DNA from: Betaproteobacteria bacterium
Lineage (GTDB): Bacteria > Pseudomonadota > Gammaproteobacteria > Burkholderiales > UBA3065
Length of the DNA: 64,000 bases
Direction: 5' to 3'
NCBI GenBank assembly: GCA_027490755.1
Contig: JAIXXL010000037.1
Location: forward strand, 4,352 to 68,351
The position numbers and the translations under genes were made by a program. Shown piece by piece: positions 26,847 to 35,314 of the stretch. The notes below the pieces were generated by a model, which was not told the DNA's origin, did not search any database, and saw only the letters and a program-made list of their open reading frames with translations. How positions within the stretch are numbered: the stretch's first letter is position 1; each line of letters starts with the position of its first letter.

Positions 26847-27839
26847 ATGACCCGCCCCCGAGTTTCCCTTGTCCGCGCGGCTGACACCCGCTGGTATCAC
26901 TGCGTTTCGCGGTGCGTGCGCCGTGCATTCCTGTGTGGCCGCGATCCGGCGAGTGGCCGCGATGTCGAGCATCGCCGCGCATGGGTCACTGACCGCTTGC
27001 GTGAACTGAGCGGGTTGTTTGCCATCGACGTGGCCGCTTTCGCGGTGATGAGCAACCACTACCATCTTGTCTTGCATCTGGCTCCCGAACGCGCCACCGA
27101 ATGGAGCGACGACGACGTGTTGCGCCGCTGGACCCGCCTGTTCACGGGACCGCCGCTCGTGCAGCGCTATCTCGCCGGGGACGGTGCTCCGCTGAGCGCG
27201 GCCGACCTCGACTGCGTGCGCGACCAGGCTGCGACTTACCGCGGGCGGCTGCATGATCTGTCCTGGTTCCTCCGGCTACTCAACGAAAAGATTGCCCGCA
27301 GAGCGAACGCCGAAGACGAATGCACCGGACGGTTCTGGGAGGGCCGCTTCAAAAGCCAGGCGCTGCTTGATTTGCCGGCACTGATCTCGGCCATGATTTA
27401 CGCCGACCTGAACCCGGTGCGGGCCGGGATGGCTGCATCGCTGGAGGCGTCGGTACACACTTCCATCGCGCTGAGGCTCGCAGAGCGGGCATCCGGCAGA
27501 CCAGACGCGCTGCTGATGCCCTTCGATGCCACTGGCCGCGGCGCTCGGACGATTCCCTTTGGCTTGCAGGAATACATCGCACTTGCGGAGTGGACGGGCC
27601 GCCAGCGCCGACCCGGCAAGCGGGGCGCAATCACGCAAGCAACGCCACCCATTCTGGATCGCCTGGGTGTTCAAGAAGAGACTTTCCTGACGATGTCCGG
27701 TCAGCTTCTGGAAGTTTTCGGTAGTGCAGTCGGTTTGCCCGCGATGATGGGCGATCATTGCGCGCGCCGAGCATTGAGGCATTTGCGGGGCATTTCGGCA
27801 TCGCAGCGACCCCACGCGAACCGACGGGTCGATACGTGA
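26847..27839 (+). CDS. REP-associated tyrosine transposase (RAYT; IS200-like Y1 HUH transposase family)
   Basis: 'WYHCVSRCVRRAFLCGRD', HUH motif 'SNHYHLVLHL', 'GRFWEGRFKSQALLD', and the catalytic-Tyr region 'MIYADLNPVRAGMA'. Start taken at 'MTRPRVS' (track start 26784). Confidence 0.8.
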   Translation: MTRPRVSLVRAADTRWYHCVSRCVRRAFLCGRDPASGRDVEHRRAWVTDRLRELSGLFAIDVAAFAVMSNHYHLVLHLAPERATEWSDDDVLRRWTRLFTGPPLVQRYLAGDGAPLSAADLDCVRDQAATYRGRLHDLSWFLRLLNEKIARRANAEDECTGRFWEGRFKSQALLDLPALISAMIYADLNPVRAGMAASLEASVHTSIALRLAERASGRPDALLMPFDATGRGARTIPFGLQEYIALAEWTGRQRRPGKRGAITQATPPILDRLGVQEETFLTMSGQLLEVFGSAVGLPAMMGDHCARRALRHLRGISASQRPHANRRVDT

Positions 27840-27990
27840 AGAGCTAGCATGCGACCAAGCGGCCGAGGCAGGTGCTCGTGCCGCCCGTGGGCTAGGGTGA
27901 GGCCGTCGTGAATTCTCGCGGCTTGTCGTGCGTGCTTCGGCGGGAGGGGGCGTGATCCGCTGTGCGGGCAGTGGGGCGGTTAAGGGATGG

Positions 27991-28010
27991 ACGAAGTGAG
28001 TGTCCCTTTG
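27991..28010 (+). repeat. REP-like element copy R3 (right flank of RAYT)
   Basis: acgaagtgagtgtccctttg, 20/20 identical to 31031-31050. Confidence 0.8.
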
Positions 28011-28107
28011 TTCTGGTTGTTCAGCAGGACCGATCCTGCATACAGACAGGCGATCGTCACCACCAGCCCGCCCCGCGCAACCCAACTGTCACCCAGTAGC
28101 GGGCTGG

Positions 28108-28473
28108 TCATGCCTCTCGCCTGAGGAACAGGGCCAGTTCGGCCTCGATGCGCGAAGAAACGGCATTCAGTTCGCGGCGTGCCTTCGGGCTCAGATTCAG
28201 CGTCACCCGCCGGTGATGAATGGCCGACGTGCCCTGCACCAGCCAGCCCGCTTCGCACAGGCTCTGGATGCGTTTGACGAGCGTGACAGGCGAGCCATGC
28301 AGCAGCGGGTTGCCGGTGACGTCCTTCATGCACACCTCCTGGCCGGCGCTGGTGCTGGCCCCGACGAACTTCAAAATGGCCCGGCTTTCGGGATCCATGC
28401 CGCCCAGCCTAGACCGGCCCTCGGCCGCATCGAGGATATTCGACAAGGCAAACAGCGTGTTATTCAACTCCAT
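28108..28473 (-). CDS. MarR-family winged-helix regulator
   Basis: 121 aa. 'CMKDVTGNPLLHGSPVTLVKRIQSLCEAGWLVQGTSAIHHRRVTLNLSPKARREL' is an HTH-wing-dimerisation helix pattern. Confidence 0.7.
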   Translation of the reverse strand: MELNNTLFALSNILDAAEGRSRLGGMDPESRAILKFVGASTSAGQEVCMKDVTGNPLLHGSPVTLVKRIQSLCEAGWLVQGTSAIHHRRVTLNLSPKARRELNAVSSRIEAELALFLRREA

Positions 28474-28510
28474 GGCGATTATCTTGATTCAATGGCCTGT
28501 TCCACGACAA

Positions 28511-28551
28511 ATCAATATTTTGTATCATATAAAAATATATTTTAAATATAT
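28511..28551. promoter_or_regulatory. extremely AT-rich divergent promoter/operator region
   Basis: atcaatattttgtatcatataaaaatatattttaaatatat between divergent genes (28473 <- -> 28560). Contains the near-palindrome ATATATTTTAAATATAT. It contrasts strongly with the GC-rich surroundings. Confidence 0.4.
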
Positions 28552-28559
28552 GCCAACCA

Positions 28560-29102
28560 ATGAATGGTTCGCCGGATGCCGGGCCTGCGCATGCCGCTCT
28601 GATGCAGCGGCTGGCGGGTATTTTTTACCACATTGTTCCTGAAACATACCGGACCTATTGCTCGTTTACCTCCGACATCATTCAATCGGTGTTGCGACAC
28701 TTTGGCATTCCCTGCAAGCGCGTGCCTTGCCAGCTCTGGTATACCCGGCCGGATCACATCTACATCATCGGTTTTCTGGGCAAGGAGATTCCCGGCAAAT
28801 GGGACGGACATGTGGTCTGCTGCACCGACGATAATATTCTGGTCGACGCCGCAACCCATAACTTCGCGCGTGACTTCGGGCTGGCGGTACCGTGGCTGGT
28901 CATGACGAAGATGTTCGAATTTCCGACCGCGGCCATCGCTCATCGGGCGCTCAGTTCAACCGACGCCCTCTGGTGGCATCCGCCGCCGCAGGGTATCGAC
29001 GCCCGCCCGCCTCAGGAGCCGACCGAGCTGGTGGAAAAATTCGCCATCCAGCTCATCACGGAACTTGCTGCACGCGCGAGCACGGACGGAAGTAATCACT
29101 AA
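28560..29102 (+). CDS. hypothetical protein (possible Cys-His-Asp fold; unassigned)
   Basis: 180 aa. 'YRTYCSFTSDII ... WDGHVVCCTDDNILVDAATHNF' gives ordered Cys...His...Asp candidates. No family recognised. Confidence 0.5.
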   Translation: MNGSPDAGPAHAALMQRLAGIFYHIVPETYRTYCSFTSDIIQSVLRHFGIPCKRVPCQLWYTRPDHIYIIGFLGKEIPGKWDGHVVCCTDDNILVDAATHNFARDFGLAVPWLVMTKMFEFPTAAIAHRALSSTDALWWHPPPQGIDARPPQEPTELVEKFAIQLITELAARASTDGSNH

Positions 29103-29167
29103 CTGCACGTATCCCCCAACGTTTACGGCGCGCTGGTTGCGGCAGGTGGGCGGACATCGGCTGAAGC

Positions 29168-29180
29168 AAGTGAGTGTCCC
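29168..29180 (+). repeat. REP-like element copy R4 (core)
   Basis: aagtgagtgtccc, preceded by gggcggacatcgg, which can partly pair with it. Confidence 0.7.
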
Positions 29181-29285
29181 TTTCTTATTATGGACTTGAT
29201 GCATTCGACCAATCGGCTATACATTTGATGACGTCCGCATAAATGTGCTGCTAATTAATAGCGGCAATAATCAAGGAGACAAGCC

Positions 29286-30983
29286 ATGACGGGGGATTTT
29301 TCAACTGGCAACGTGGTTGCATTGAATGACAGTTCGTCCGGGGGTTTCCACATTATCCCGGGCGGTGAACAACCGCCGCCACCGCCGCCTGACAGCATCC
29401 CCGGCGGCTCGCTTCCCGACTTTACCGATCCCGGCAGCATCGACTGGGGCAGCATCGATTTCGGTGTCATGCCGGTCAATTACGAGCAAATCGACTGGGG
29501 CGAGGTTGAATTCGTCGCATTCGATTCCTCGGATTATGAAAACATCGACTGGGGGAAATTCGACTTCGGCGATTTCGATAATGCCGCCGATTATTCGGCC
29601 ATCGATTGGGGCGCCGTCGACTGGACCGAGGTGAAATGGGCCGACCCGACGGCCGTCACTGCCATCGACTGGGGTGAAATCAGCTGGACCGAGTTCGAAT
29701 GGGATGATCCGACCACCATGCGTGCGATCGACTGGGGCGCCGTCGAGTGGACCGAAATCGATTGGGCCGGCGCCAGCGCCGATGCCGCCGCCATCGACTG
29801 GGGGATGGTCGAATGGTCCGAGTTCTCGTGGACCGATCCAATGGTGCTGGATGCAGTCGACTGGGGCGAGATCCAGTGGACGGAAATGTCGTGGGACGAC
29901 CCACTGGCGCTGTCCGGCATGGACTGGGGCGCGATCGAATGGAGTGAACTCGACTGGAGCGGGCCGCAAGCCGACGTTGCCGCCATCGATTGGGAGCTGG
30001 TCCAGTGGAGCGAGCTGAGCTGGGACGACCCGCTTGCGCTGGCCGGGCTGGATTGGGGCGAGATCGCCTGGACCGAGCTGTCCTGGGACGATCCGCAGGC
30101 GCTGGCCGGCATCGACTGGGGCGAAATCGAATGGACCGAATTCGACTGGACCGGCAAGACCGCCGACGCGCTGGCCGTTGACTGGGGCGTGGTCGAGTGG
30201 ACCGACTTCGACTGGAACGATACCGCCACGCTGCTGGCGATCGACTGGGGCGAGATCGGCTGGGATGAAATCGACTGGACCAACGAAGCCAATACCAGCG
30301 CCATCGACTGGGGCGACGTCCAATGGAACGAGTTCGACTGGACCGGCAGGACCGCCGACGCGCCCGCCGTCAACTGGGGGGCGATCGACTGGGCCGAGCT
30401 CAACTACGACGATCCGGCATTTGCGAGAAGCTTCAAATGGAGCGGCGTCGACTGGCAGGACTTCGCGTGGGAAGCAGACCCGGCTGCGGTGTCCGGCATC
30501 GACTGGGGCGCCGTCAACTGGAAAGACGTGTCGTTCAAGGCCGCCCGGGACGGCAGCTCCGACTACGCGCAGATCGACTGGGGACAGATCGACTGGAACG
30601 AGCTCGACTGGACCGGCCGGGGCTCGGATGCCTCGGTCATCGACTGGGGCGAAATCGACTGGACCGACATCGACGCCACCGCGGCCACCGCAATCGACTG
30701 GGGCGAGATCGACTGGAAGGACATCGACTTCACCGGCAGGGGCTCGGACGTCGCGGCGATCGACTGGGCGCTCGTCGAGTGGAGTGAAGTCGACTGGAGC
30801 GGCGCGGGCAACGACGCGCGGCTGATCAAGTGGGATCACGTCGACTGGAGCGAAGTCGACCTCGCCGACGATGCCATCGTCAACCATATCGAATGGAAGC
30901 AGGTCAAGCTGAAAGACGCGGCCGACATCGCGCTGATCGGGCAGCTGACGGGGATGACGATGACGGAGCTGGCGGCGCTGTAA
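29286..30983 (+). CDS. acidic Trp-rich repeat protein (about 20 units of three [IVLF]-[DE]-W-x-x pentads plus linker)
   Basis: 565 aa with AAGGAG RBS. 'AIDWGAVDWTEVKWADPTAVT AIDWGEISWTEFEWDDPTTMR AIDWGAVEWTEIDWAGASADAA AIDWGMVEWSEFSWTDPMVLD ...'. Poly-Pro 'EQPPPPPPDS' near the N-terminus. No signal peptide, TM or RTX motif. Confidence 0.8.
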   Translation: MTGDFSTGNVVALNDSSSGGFHIIPGGEQPPPPPPDSIPGGSLPDFTDPGSIDWGSIDFGVMPVNYEQIDWGEVEFVAFDSSDYENIDWGKFDFGDFDNAADYSAIDWGAVDWTEVKWADPTAVTAIDWGEISWTEFEWDDPTTMRAIDWGAVEWTEIDWAGASADAAAIDWGMVEWSEFSWTDPMVLDAVDWGEIQWTEMSWDDPLALSGMDWGAIEWSELDWSGPQADVAAIDWELVQWSELSWDDPLALAGLDWGEIAWTELSWDDPQALAGIDWGEIEWTEFDWTGKTADALAVDWGVVEWTDFDWNDTATLLAIDWGEIGWDEIDWTNEANTSAIDWGDVQWNEFDWTGRTADAPAVNWGAIDWAELNYDDPAFARSFKWSGVDWQDFAWEADPAAVSGIDWGAVNWKDVSFKAARDGSSDYAQIDWGQIDWNELDWTGRGSDASVIDWGEIDWTDIDATAATAIDWGEIDWKDIDFTGRGSDVAAIDWALVEWSEVDWSGAGNDARLIKWDHVDWSEVDLADDAIVNHIEWKQVKLKDAADIALIGQLTGMTMTELAAL

Positions 30984-31023
30984 GCTTTGGCGCCGTGTTC
31001 GGGGGCGGACACTCGCGCTATCG

Positions 31024-33513
31024 ATGACTAACGAAGTGAGTGTCCCTTTGTCCCTAGCCTTCCCGTCGGTGCAGATTGCGCTCACCTCCGGCAAAAAGCT
31101 GGCCGAGCGTCGACTGGTCAATGAAGGCTTCCAGGGTATCCCTGACACGTTTATCGTGGCCGACGTCGATGGCGTGCCGGGGATGGAGGTGCTGCTGTCC
31201 GGTGCCGGGAACGGCGTGCTCAGCATCGACAAGCAGTCGCCGCTCTGGATACTGAAGGTGGCCGGCAACAGCCTGACGGTCGTCGATACGCTGAGTGCGC
31301 CGTTTTCCCGGGGCACCTTCCCGCTGGGTTATCTGCCCGGCATGACGCGGCCAGTGCTGTTTACGCCGGCATTTACCGACCAGTATCCGAGCACGTCGGC
31401 CTCGCCCTATTTCATCCCCGAAGGCAGCAGCTACCGCAAGAGCAGCACCAGCCTGCTGCAAACGCACGGCCCGAATGCCGGAAAATTCACGCCTGACGGC
31501 CAGACCTTTGTCGCGGTGCCGGCGCAATGGCCCGACAACCAGCGCGGCTTGTGGCTCGCGTGGCTCGACCTGCCGACGGCCAGCATCGCCTATCACTACC
31601 TCGGCCAGGTGAATGGCCAGGATCCCGGCGCGCCGTCATCTGCGATCATTCCCTCGACGGCCTCCACCAAGGGTGCCATTTTCCTCGGCCAGAGCTACTC
31701 CAGCGGCAGCCAGGTCGCCGACATCATCGTACCTGTCGACGCCAGCGGGACGCGACCGGTCATCGATGGCACGCGCCCGGTGCAAGTTTTCAACAACTAC
31801 TGGAACCTGCCGGAGAATTTCGCCAGAATCGCCTCGCTCGACAGGGTCAAAGACTACGAGTCCCGCAATCCGAGCAATGGCAACGCATCGCATGTCGTCT
31901 TCGCGGAGACCTGCGACCTCAACGCCGACGGCCTGCCCGATATCCTGACCGTACATGCCTACCGGGATCCATCGACGCACCTGATGCAGCTGGTGCCCTA
32001 CATCCAGCATCCGGACGGGAGTTTCACCCAGGAGGCGAACGAGCGCTTCATCGACTTCGACATCCACCAGGACAGCCCGTACCGGCTCAGCGTGATCGAC
32101 CTCAACCAGGACGGCCATCTCGATATCGCCTTCGGCAGCGTCAAATGGGATTTGAAAGACTTCCCCAGCAGCTCCAATGGGGGCGTTTATCTGAATGATG
32201 GCGAGGGTTACTTTGTTCGCGCTGCCGCCGACAGCGACCTGATTGCAAGATTCGGCTACAGCCAGCTGATCACGATCCCGGGAGAGAACGGCAGCTTCGC
32301 CCATGTGACCGTGCGCCCCGGCTCGATCTGGCCGTGGCAGTCGGCCGACGGAAAAGAGTATCCGATCTACGATCTCACCCTGCACGAGACGCTCTACAAC
32401 TTTACCGGACCACGTGGCACCAACCCGGCGCTGCGGGGCGCACCGGGTTTCAATGAATGGTTCTATCTCCGCCACTACCCCGACGCAGCGGAAGCGGTCA
32501 AGGCCGGCCGCCATGCTTCCGGGCTCGACTACTATCTCGCCGTCGGCAAGGCGCGCGGCGACCAGGTCTTTGCGAAGAACTCGACCGTGGCCGGTTCGGC
32601 CGGCGTCGATACACTGGTCCTCCAAGGCAGCAGTGCGCATTTCGTCGTCGCGGAGGTCGCCGGAGGCGGGCTACGGGTCACCGATACCTCGGGTCGCTTC
32701 GGCACGCTCACGCTGAAGGGAATAGAAAAGATTCAGTTCGACGACCGGCTCGCCGTCGTCGCCGGCGCGGCGGGCGGCAGCGCAATCCCGAGTGCCGCGG
32801 CCACCGAGGGCAAGGCCTTCACCTATGCGTTGTCGCCCAAGGCCTTCGCCAGTAACGGCATGGCCGTCGCGAGCTACAGCAGCGAGGATCTGCCAGCCTG
32901 GTTGCGTCTCGACGGACGCACCGGCAGACTGTCCGGGACGCCCGGTTTCGCCGCTGCTGACAGCTGGCCCGTCACCGTCACGCTGGTGGGCACGGACAAG
33001 GCAGGCGGCACGGCGACACGGTCGCTTCAAATCAGCGTCGCGAACACCGATCGCGTATCCGGCACGCGGCAGGGCGACACCTTGCAGGCCGGGCAGGGCA
33101 ATGACCTGATCAGGGGGCTGGCCGGCAATGACCTGCTGGCCGGTGGTGCTGGCAACGACACCCTCAGCGGCGGGCCCGGGTCCGATACACTGAGTGGCGG
33201 CATCGGCAGCGACCAATTCGTATTCGATACCGTGCCGTCAATACCTCAGATGGACCGAATCACCGACTTTGAAACTGCAATCGACCGGATCGTTCTCAGC
33301 ACCAAAGCCATGCCAAAGCTGAAGGGCATCGCCGACCGCACAGCCGTCTTCGTCACGGGCGACGCCAGCGCGGCAAACGACCATCTGCTCTACGCGCCGG
33401 CAAGCGGCACCCTTGCCTACGATGCCGACGGCAACGGACCGGCACGGGCTGTCGGCATCGTCACGCTGGGTGCAGGCACGGCTTTACTGGCAGAAGACGT
33501 GGTGCTCGCCTGA
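31024..33513 (+). CDS. FG-GAP/VCBS-like plus putative Ig (dystroglycan/cadherin-like) plus RTX secreted protein
   Basis: 'VADVDGVPGMEVLL', 'CDLNADGLPDILT', 'IDLNQDGHLDIAFG' (FG-GAP-like). 'FTYALSPKAFASNGMAVASYSSEDLPAWLRLDGRTGRLSGTPG' (putative Ig domain). '[45 protein letters not shown]'. C-terminus is '...GTALLAEDVVLA'. The start is uncertain because the first codons overlap REP copy R5. Confidence 0.8.
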   Translation: MTNEVSVPLSLAFPSVQIALTSGKKLAERRLVNEGFQGIPDTFIVADVDGVPGMEVLLSGAGNGVLSIDKQSPLWILKVAGNSLTVVDTLSAPFSRGTFPLGYLPGMTRPVLFTPAFTDQYPSTSASPYFIPEGSSYRKSSTSLLQTHGPNAGKFTPDGQTFVAVPAQWPDNQRGLWLAWLDLPTASIAYHYLGQVNGQDPGAPSSAIIPSTASTKGAIFLGQSYSSGSQVADIIVPVDASGTRPVIDGTRPVQVFNNYWNLPENFARIASLDRVKDYESRNPSNGNASHVVFAETCDLNADGLPDILTVHAYRDPSTHLMQLVPYIQHPDGSFTQEANERFIDFDIHQDSPYRLSVIDLNQDGHLDIAFGSVKWDLKDFPSSSNGGVYLNDGEGYFVRAAADSDLIARFGYSQLITIPGENGSFAHVTVRPGSIWPWQSADGKEYPIYDLTLHETLYNFTGPRGTNPALRGAPGFNEWFYLRHYPDAAEAVKAGRHASGLDYYLAVGKARGDQVFAKNSTVAGSAGVDTLVLQGSSAHFVVAEVAGGGLRVTDTSGRFGTLTLKGIEKIQFDDRLAVVAGAAGGSAIPSAAATEGKAFTYALSPKAFASNGMAVASYSSEDLPAWLRLDGRTGRLSGTPGFAAADSWPVTVTLVGTDKAGGTATRSLQISVANTDRVSGTRQGDTLQAGQGNDLIRGLAGNDLLAGGAGNDTLSGGPGSDTLSGGIGSDQFVFDTVPSIPQMDRITDFETAIDRIVLSTKAMPKLKGIADRTAVFVTGDASAANDHLLYAPASGTLAYDADGNGPARAVGIVTLGAGTALLAEDVVLA
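31031..31050 (+). repeat. REP-like element copy R5
   Basis: acgaagtgagtgtccctttg. Upstream GGACACTC (about 31008-31015) is the exact reverse complement of GAGTGTCC, giving hairpin potential. Confidence 0.8.
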
Positions 33514-33745
33514 CCCCGCTGGCCGCGCCGTCCCCAAGCCGAGATAGCGGCATCACAGCGGCCCAGCTCCCGCGCAGCGCGCTCTGCACCCAGCCGCCAC
33601 GGACGAGCAAATCTCGACGACAGCAATGCGTGGCCGGGCTGGGCAGCGCAGACTCAACGATCCGTCGCCTGCGTTGCCGTACCAGCGTCTGGGTGGTTGA
33701 GGTTGTCGCTGGACGGCGAACCGCGGGGCGACTATGGGTCGATCA

Positions 33746-33758
33746 AAGTGAGTGTCCC
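33746..33758 (+). repeat. REP-like element copy R6 (core)
   Basis: aagtgagtgtccc followed by TTTTT, 170 nt upstream of the TolC-family gene. Confidence 0.7.
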
Positions 33759-33928
33759 TTTTTAAAAAGGCACTAATTCCGGTGGCGGGGTATGTGACGT
33801 CGGTCACCAAATGCGCAATTGCTGTGGCTCCGGCAAAGCACACTTTAATTTCTTGACTGCGAAAACTTCGATGACGATCCGTATCGGTTAGCATTCGCAT
33901 TGGTTTATTTAAAACGGCATCAGGAATC

Positions 33929-35314
33929 ATGGTCATCGCAAATACAAGAAAAATGACGACTAAAAAAGCTGCACGGGCTGCTCGTGTCAAGGTTACGTAT
34001 GCATTGCTCGCTTGCCTGGCGAGCGCACCGGCGGCTGCCGTAAATTTGCTGGAGGCCTACCGGTTGGCATTGAACATGGATCCTGCCTTTCAAAGCGCAC
34101 GATTCGACCGCGCCGCAGGTGATGAGTATGAGGCGCTGGGCAGAGCAAACTTGCTACCTAATGTGGGAATCAATTACACCCACAGCAGTAACACAGCAGA
34201 TCGCACGATCACGCAATCCAATGGCAACCGGCAAACCGATAATTTGCAATACGACACCCGGATCGCCAGCCTTTCGCTGCGACAGCCGCTACTGAACCTG
34301 GATGCCTGGCAAAGATACAAGGGGGGAAAAGCCCAATCAAAGCTCAGCGAAGCGCAATTCGCGGTGCGTGCTCAAGATCTGATTACAAGGTTGACCACCA
34401 GCTATCTGGAAGCCCTGCTCGCTGAAGATCAACTCCGGCTCGCAATCGCCCAACGCGATGCGTACGATGAAAATCAGCGAGGAAACCAGCGCCTGCTCGA
34501 CATGGGGGTAGGAACCCGGACGGAGATGCTCGAGACAAAGGCGCGATTTGAACTGGCCCGGGCGGAAGTCGTTGAGGCACAAAACAACGTCATCAAAAAA
34601 CGTAATGCACTGGCCATCATTATTGGCCGCGATCCTGATCCGCTGAATGATTTGGCAGACGGACTTCCCGAACTACCTTTGGAGCATGCGACACTCGAAG
34701 AATGGGAAAGTATCGCAAGATCCGACAACCCCGAGATACTGGCGCAACGCTACTCTGTGGAATACGGCAGAACCGAAACGGAGCGATTTCGTGCCGGCCA
34801 TTATCCCCGGGTCGACCTTGTCGCATCCCACAGCCGCAATACCTCTGATTCCCTTTTTGCGTTCAACCAGCAGTCCACCATCAACTCCGTCGGCATCCAG
34901 ATGTCCGTGCCGCTTTATTCGGGAGGCAGCGTAAACGCGCAGACGCGACAAGCTGCTGCCCGGCTTGCTGCCGGACAGGCAGACCTCGACGCCACTTCGC
35001 TCAAAGTACTCCTCGAAGTACGAACACAGTTTCAATTAGTCAGCAGCAGCAGGATTCGCATGACTGCGATGGCACAAGCCGAACAATCGGCGGCTGAAGC
35101 GGTGGAGGCCACTAAAAAAAGTGTGACAGGCGGGCAGCGCGTCAATCTCGACATCCTCATGGCTCTGCAGCAGCTTTTCAAAACACGGCGCGATCTTTCA
35201 GAGGCTCGACACGGGTATTTGCTCGCTTACCTGCGGCTGAAAGCGGCTGCAGGAAGGCTGACCGAGGAGGACTTGGTCAAGTTGTCCGTATGGTTCAAGT
35301 CTGCCGATAGTTGA
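33929..35314 (+). CDS. TolC-family outer-membrane channel (T1SS OMP)
   Basis: 461 aa. Signal peptide '...ALLACLASAPAAA', 'NLLEAYRLALNMDPAFQSARFDRAAGDEYEALGRANLLPNVGINY', two-repeat coiled structure, and 'ARHGYLLAYLRLKAAAGRL'. Confidence 0.9.
   Translation: MVIANTRKMTTKKAARAARVKVTYALLACLASAPAAAVNLLEAYRLALNMDPAFQSARFDRAAGDEYEALGRANLLPNVGINYTHSSNTADRTITQSNGNRQTDNLQYDTRIASLSLRQPLLNLDAWQRYKGGKAQSKLSEAQFAVRAQDLITRLTTSYLEALLAEDQLRLAIAQRDAYDENQRGNQRLLDMGVGTRTEMLETKARFELARAEVVEAQNNVIKKRNALAIIIGRDPDPLNDLADGLPELPLEHATLEEWESIARSDNPEILAQRYSVEYGRTETERFRAGHYPRVDLVASHSRNTSDSLFAFNQQSTINSVGIQMSVPLYSGGSVNAQTRQAAARLAAGQADLDATSLKVLLEVRTQFQLVSSSRIRMTAMAQAEQSAAEAVEATKKSVTGGQRVNLDILMALQQLFKTRRDLSEARHGYLLAYLRLKAAAGRLTEEDLVKLSVWFKSADS

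Larger units (their letters stand above)
26692..28010 (+). mobile_element. REPtron-like unit: RAYT gene flanked by inverted REP copies
   Basis: GGGACACTCACT... at 26692 and ...AGTGAGTGTCCC at 27993-28006 bracket the Y1-transposase gene in inverted orientation. Confidence 0.65.

Noticed and set aside
17568-31000. Possible CRISPR array suggested by strong short-period repetition
   Set aside because: The periodicities (24 bp at 17.6-20.8 kb; about 63-66 bp at 29.4-30.9 kb) are in-frame coding repeats with no unique spacers. No cas genes are present.
29301-31316. 671-aa minus-strand ORF opposite the Trp-repeat gene
   Set aside because: It is the antisense shadow of the repeat (PVD/GPVD-rich) with no start context. 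The plus-strand ORF has a strong AAGGAG RBS and a regular repeat.
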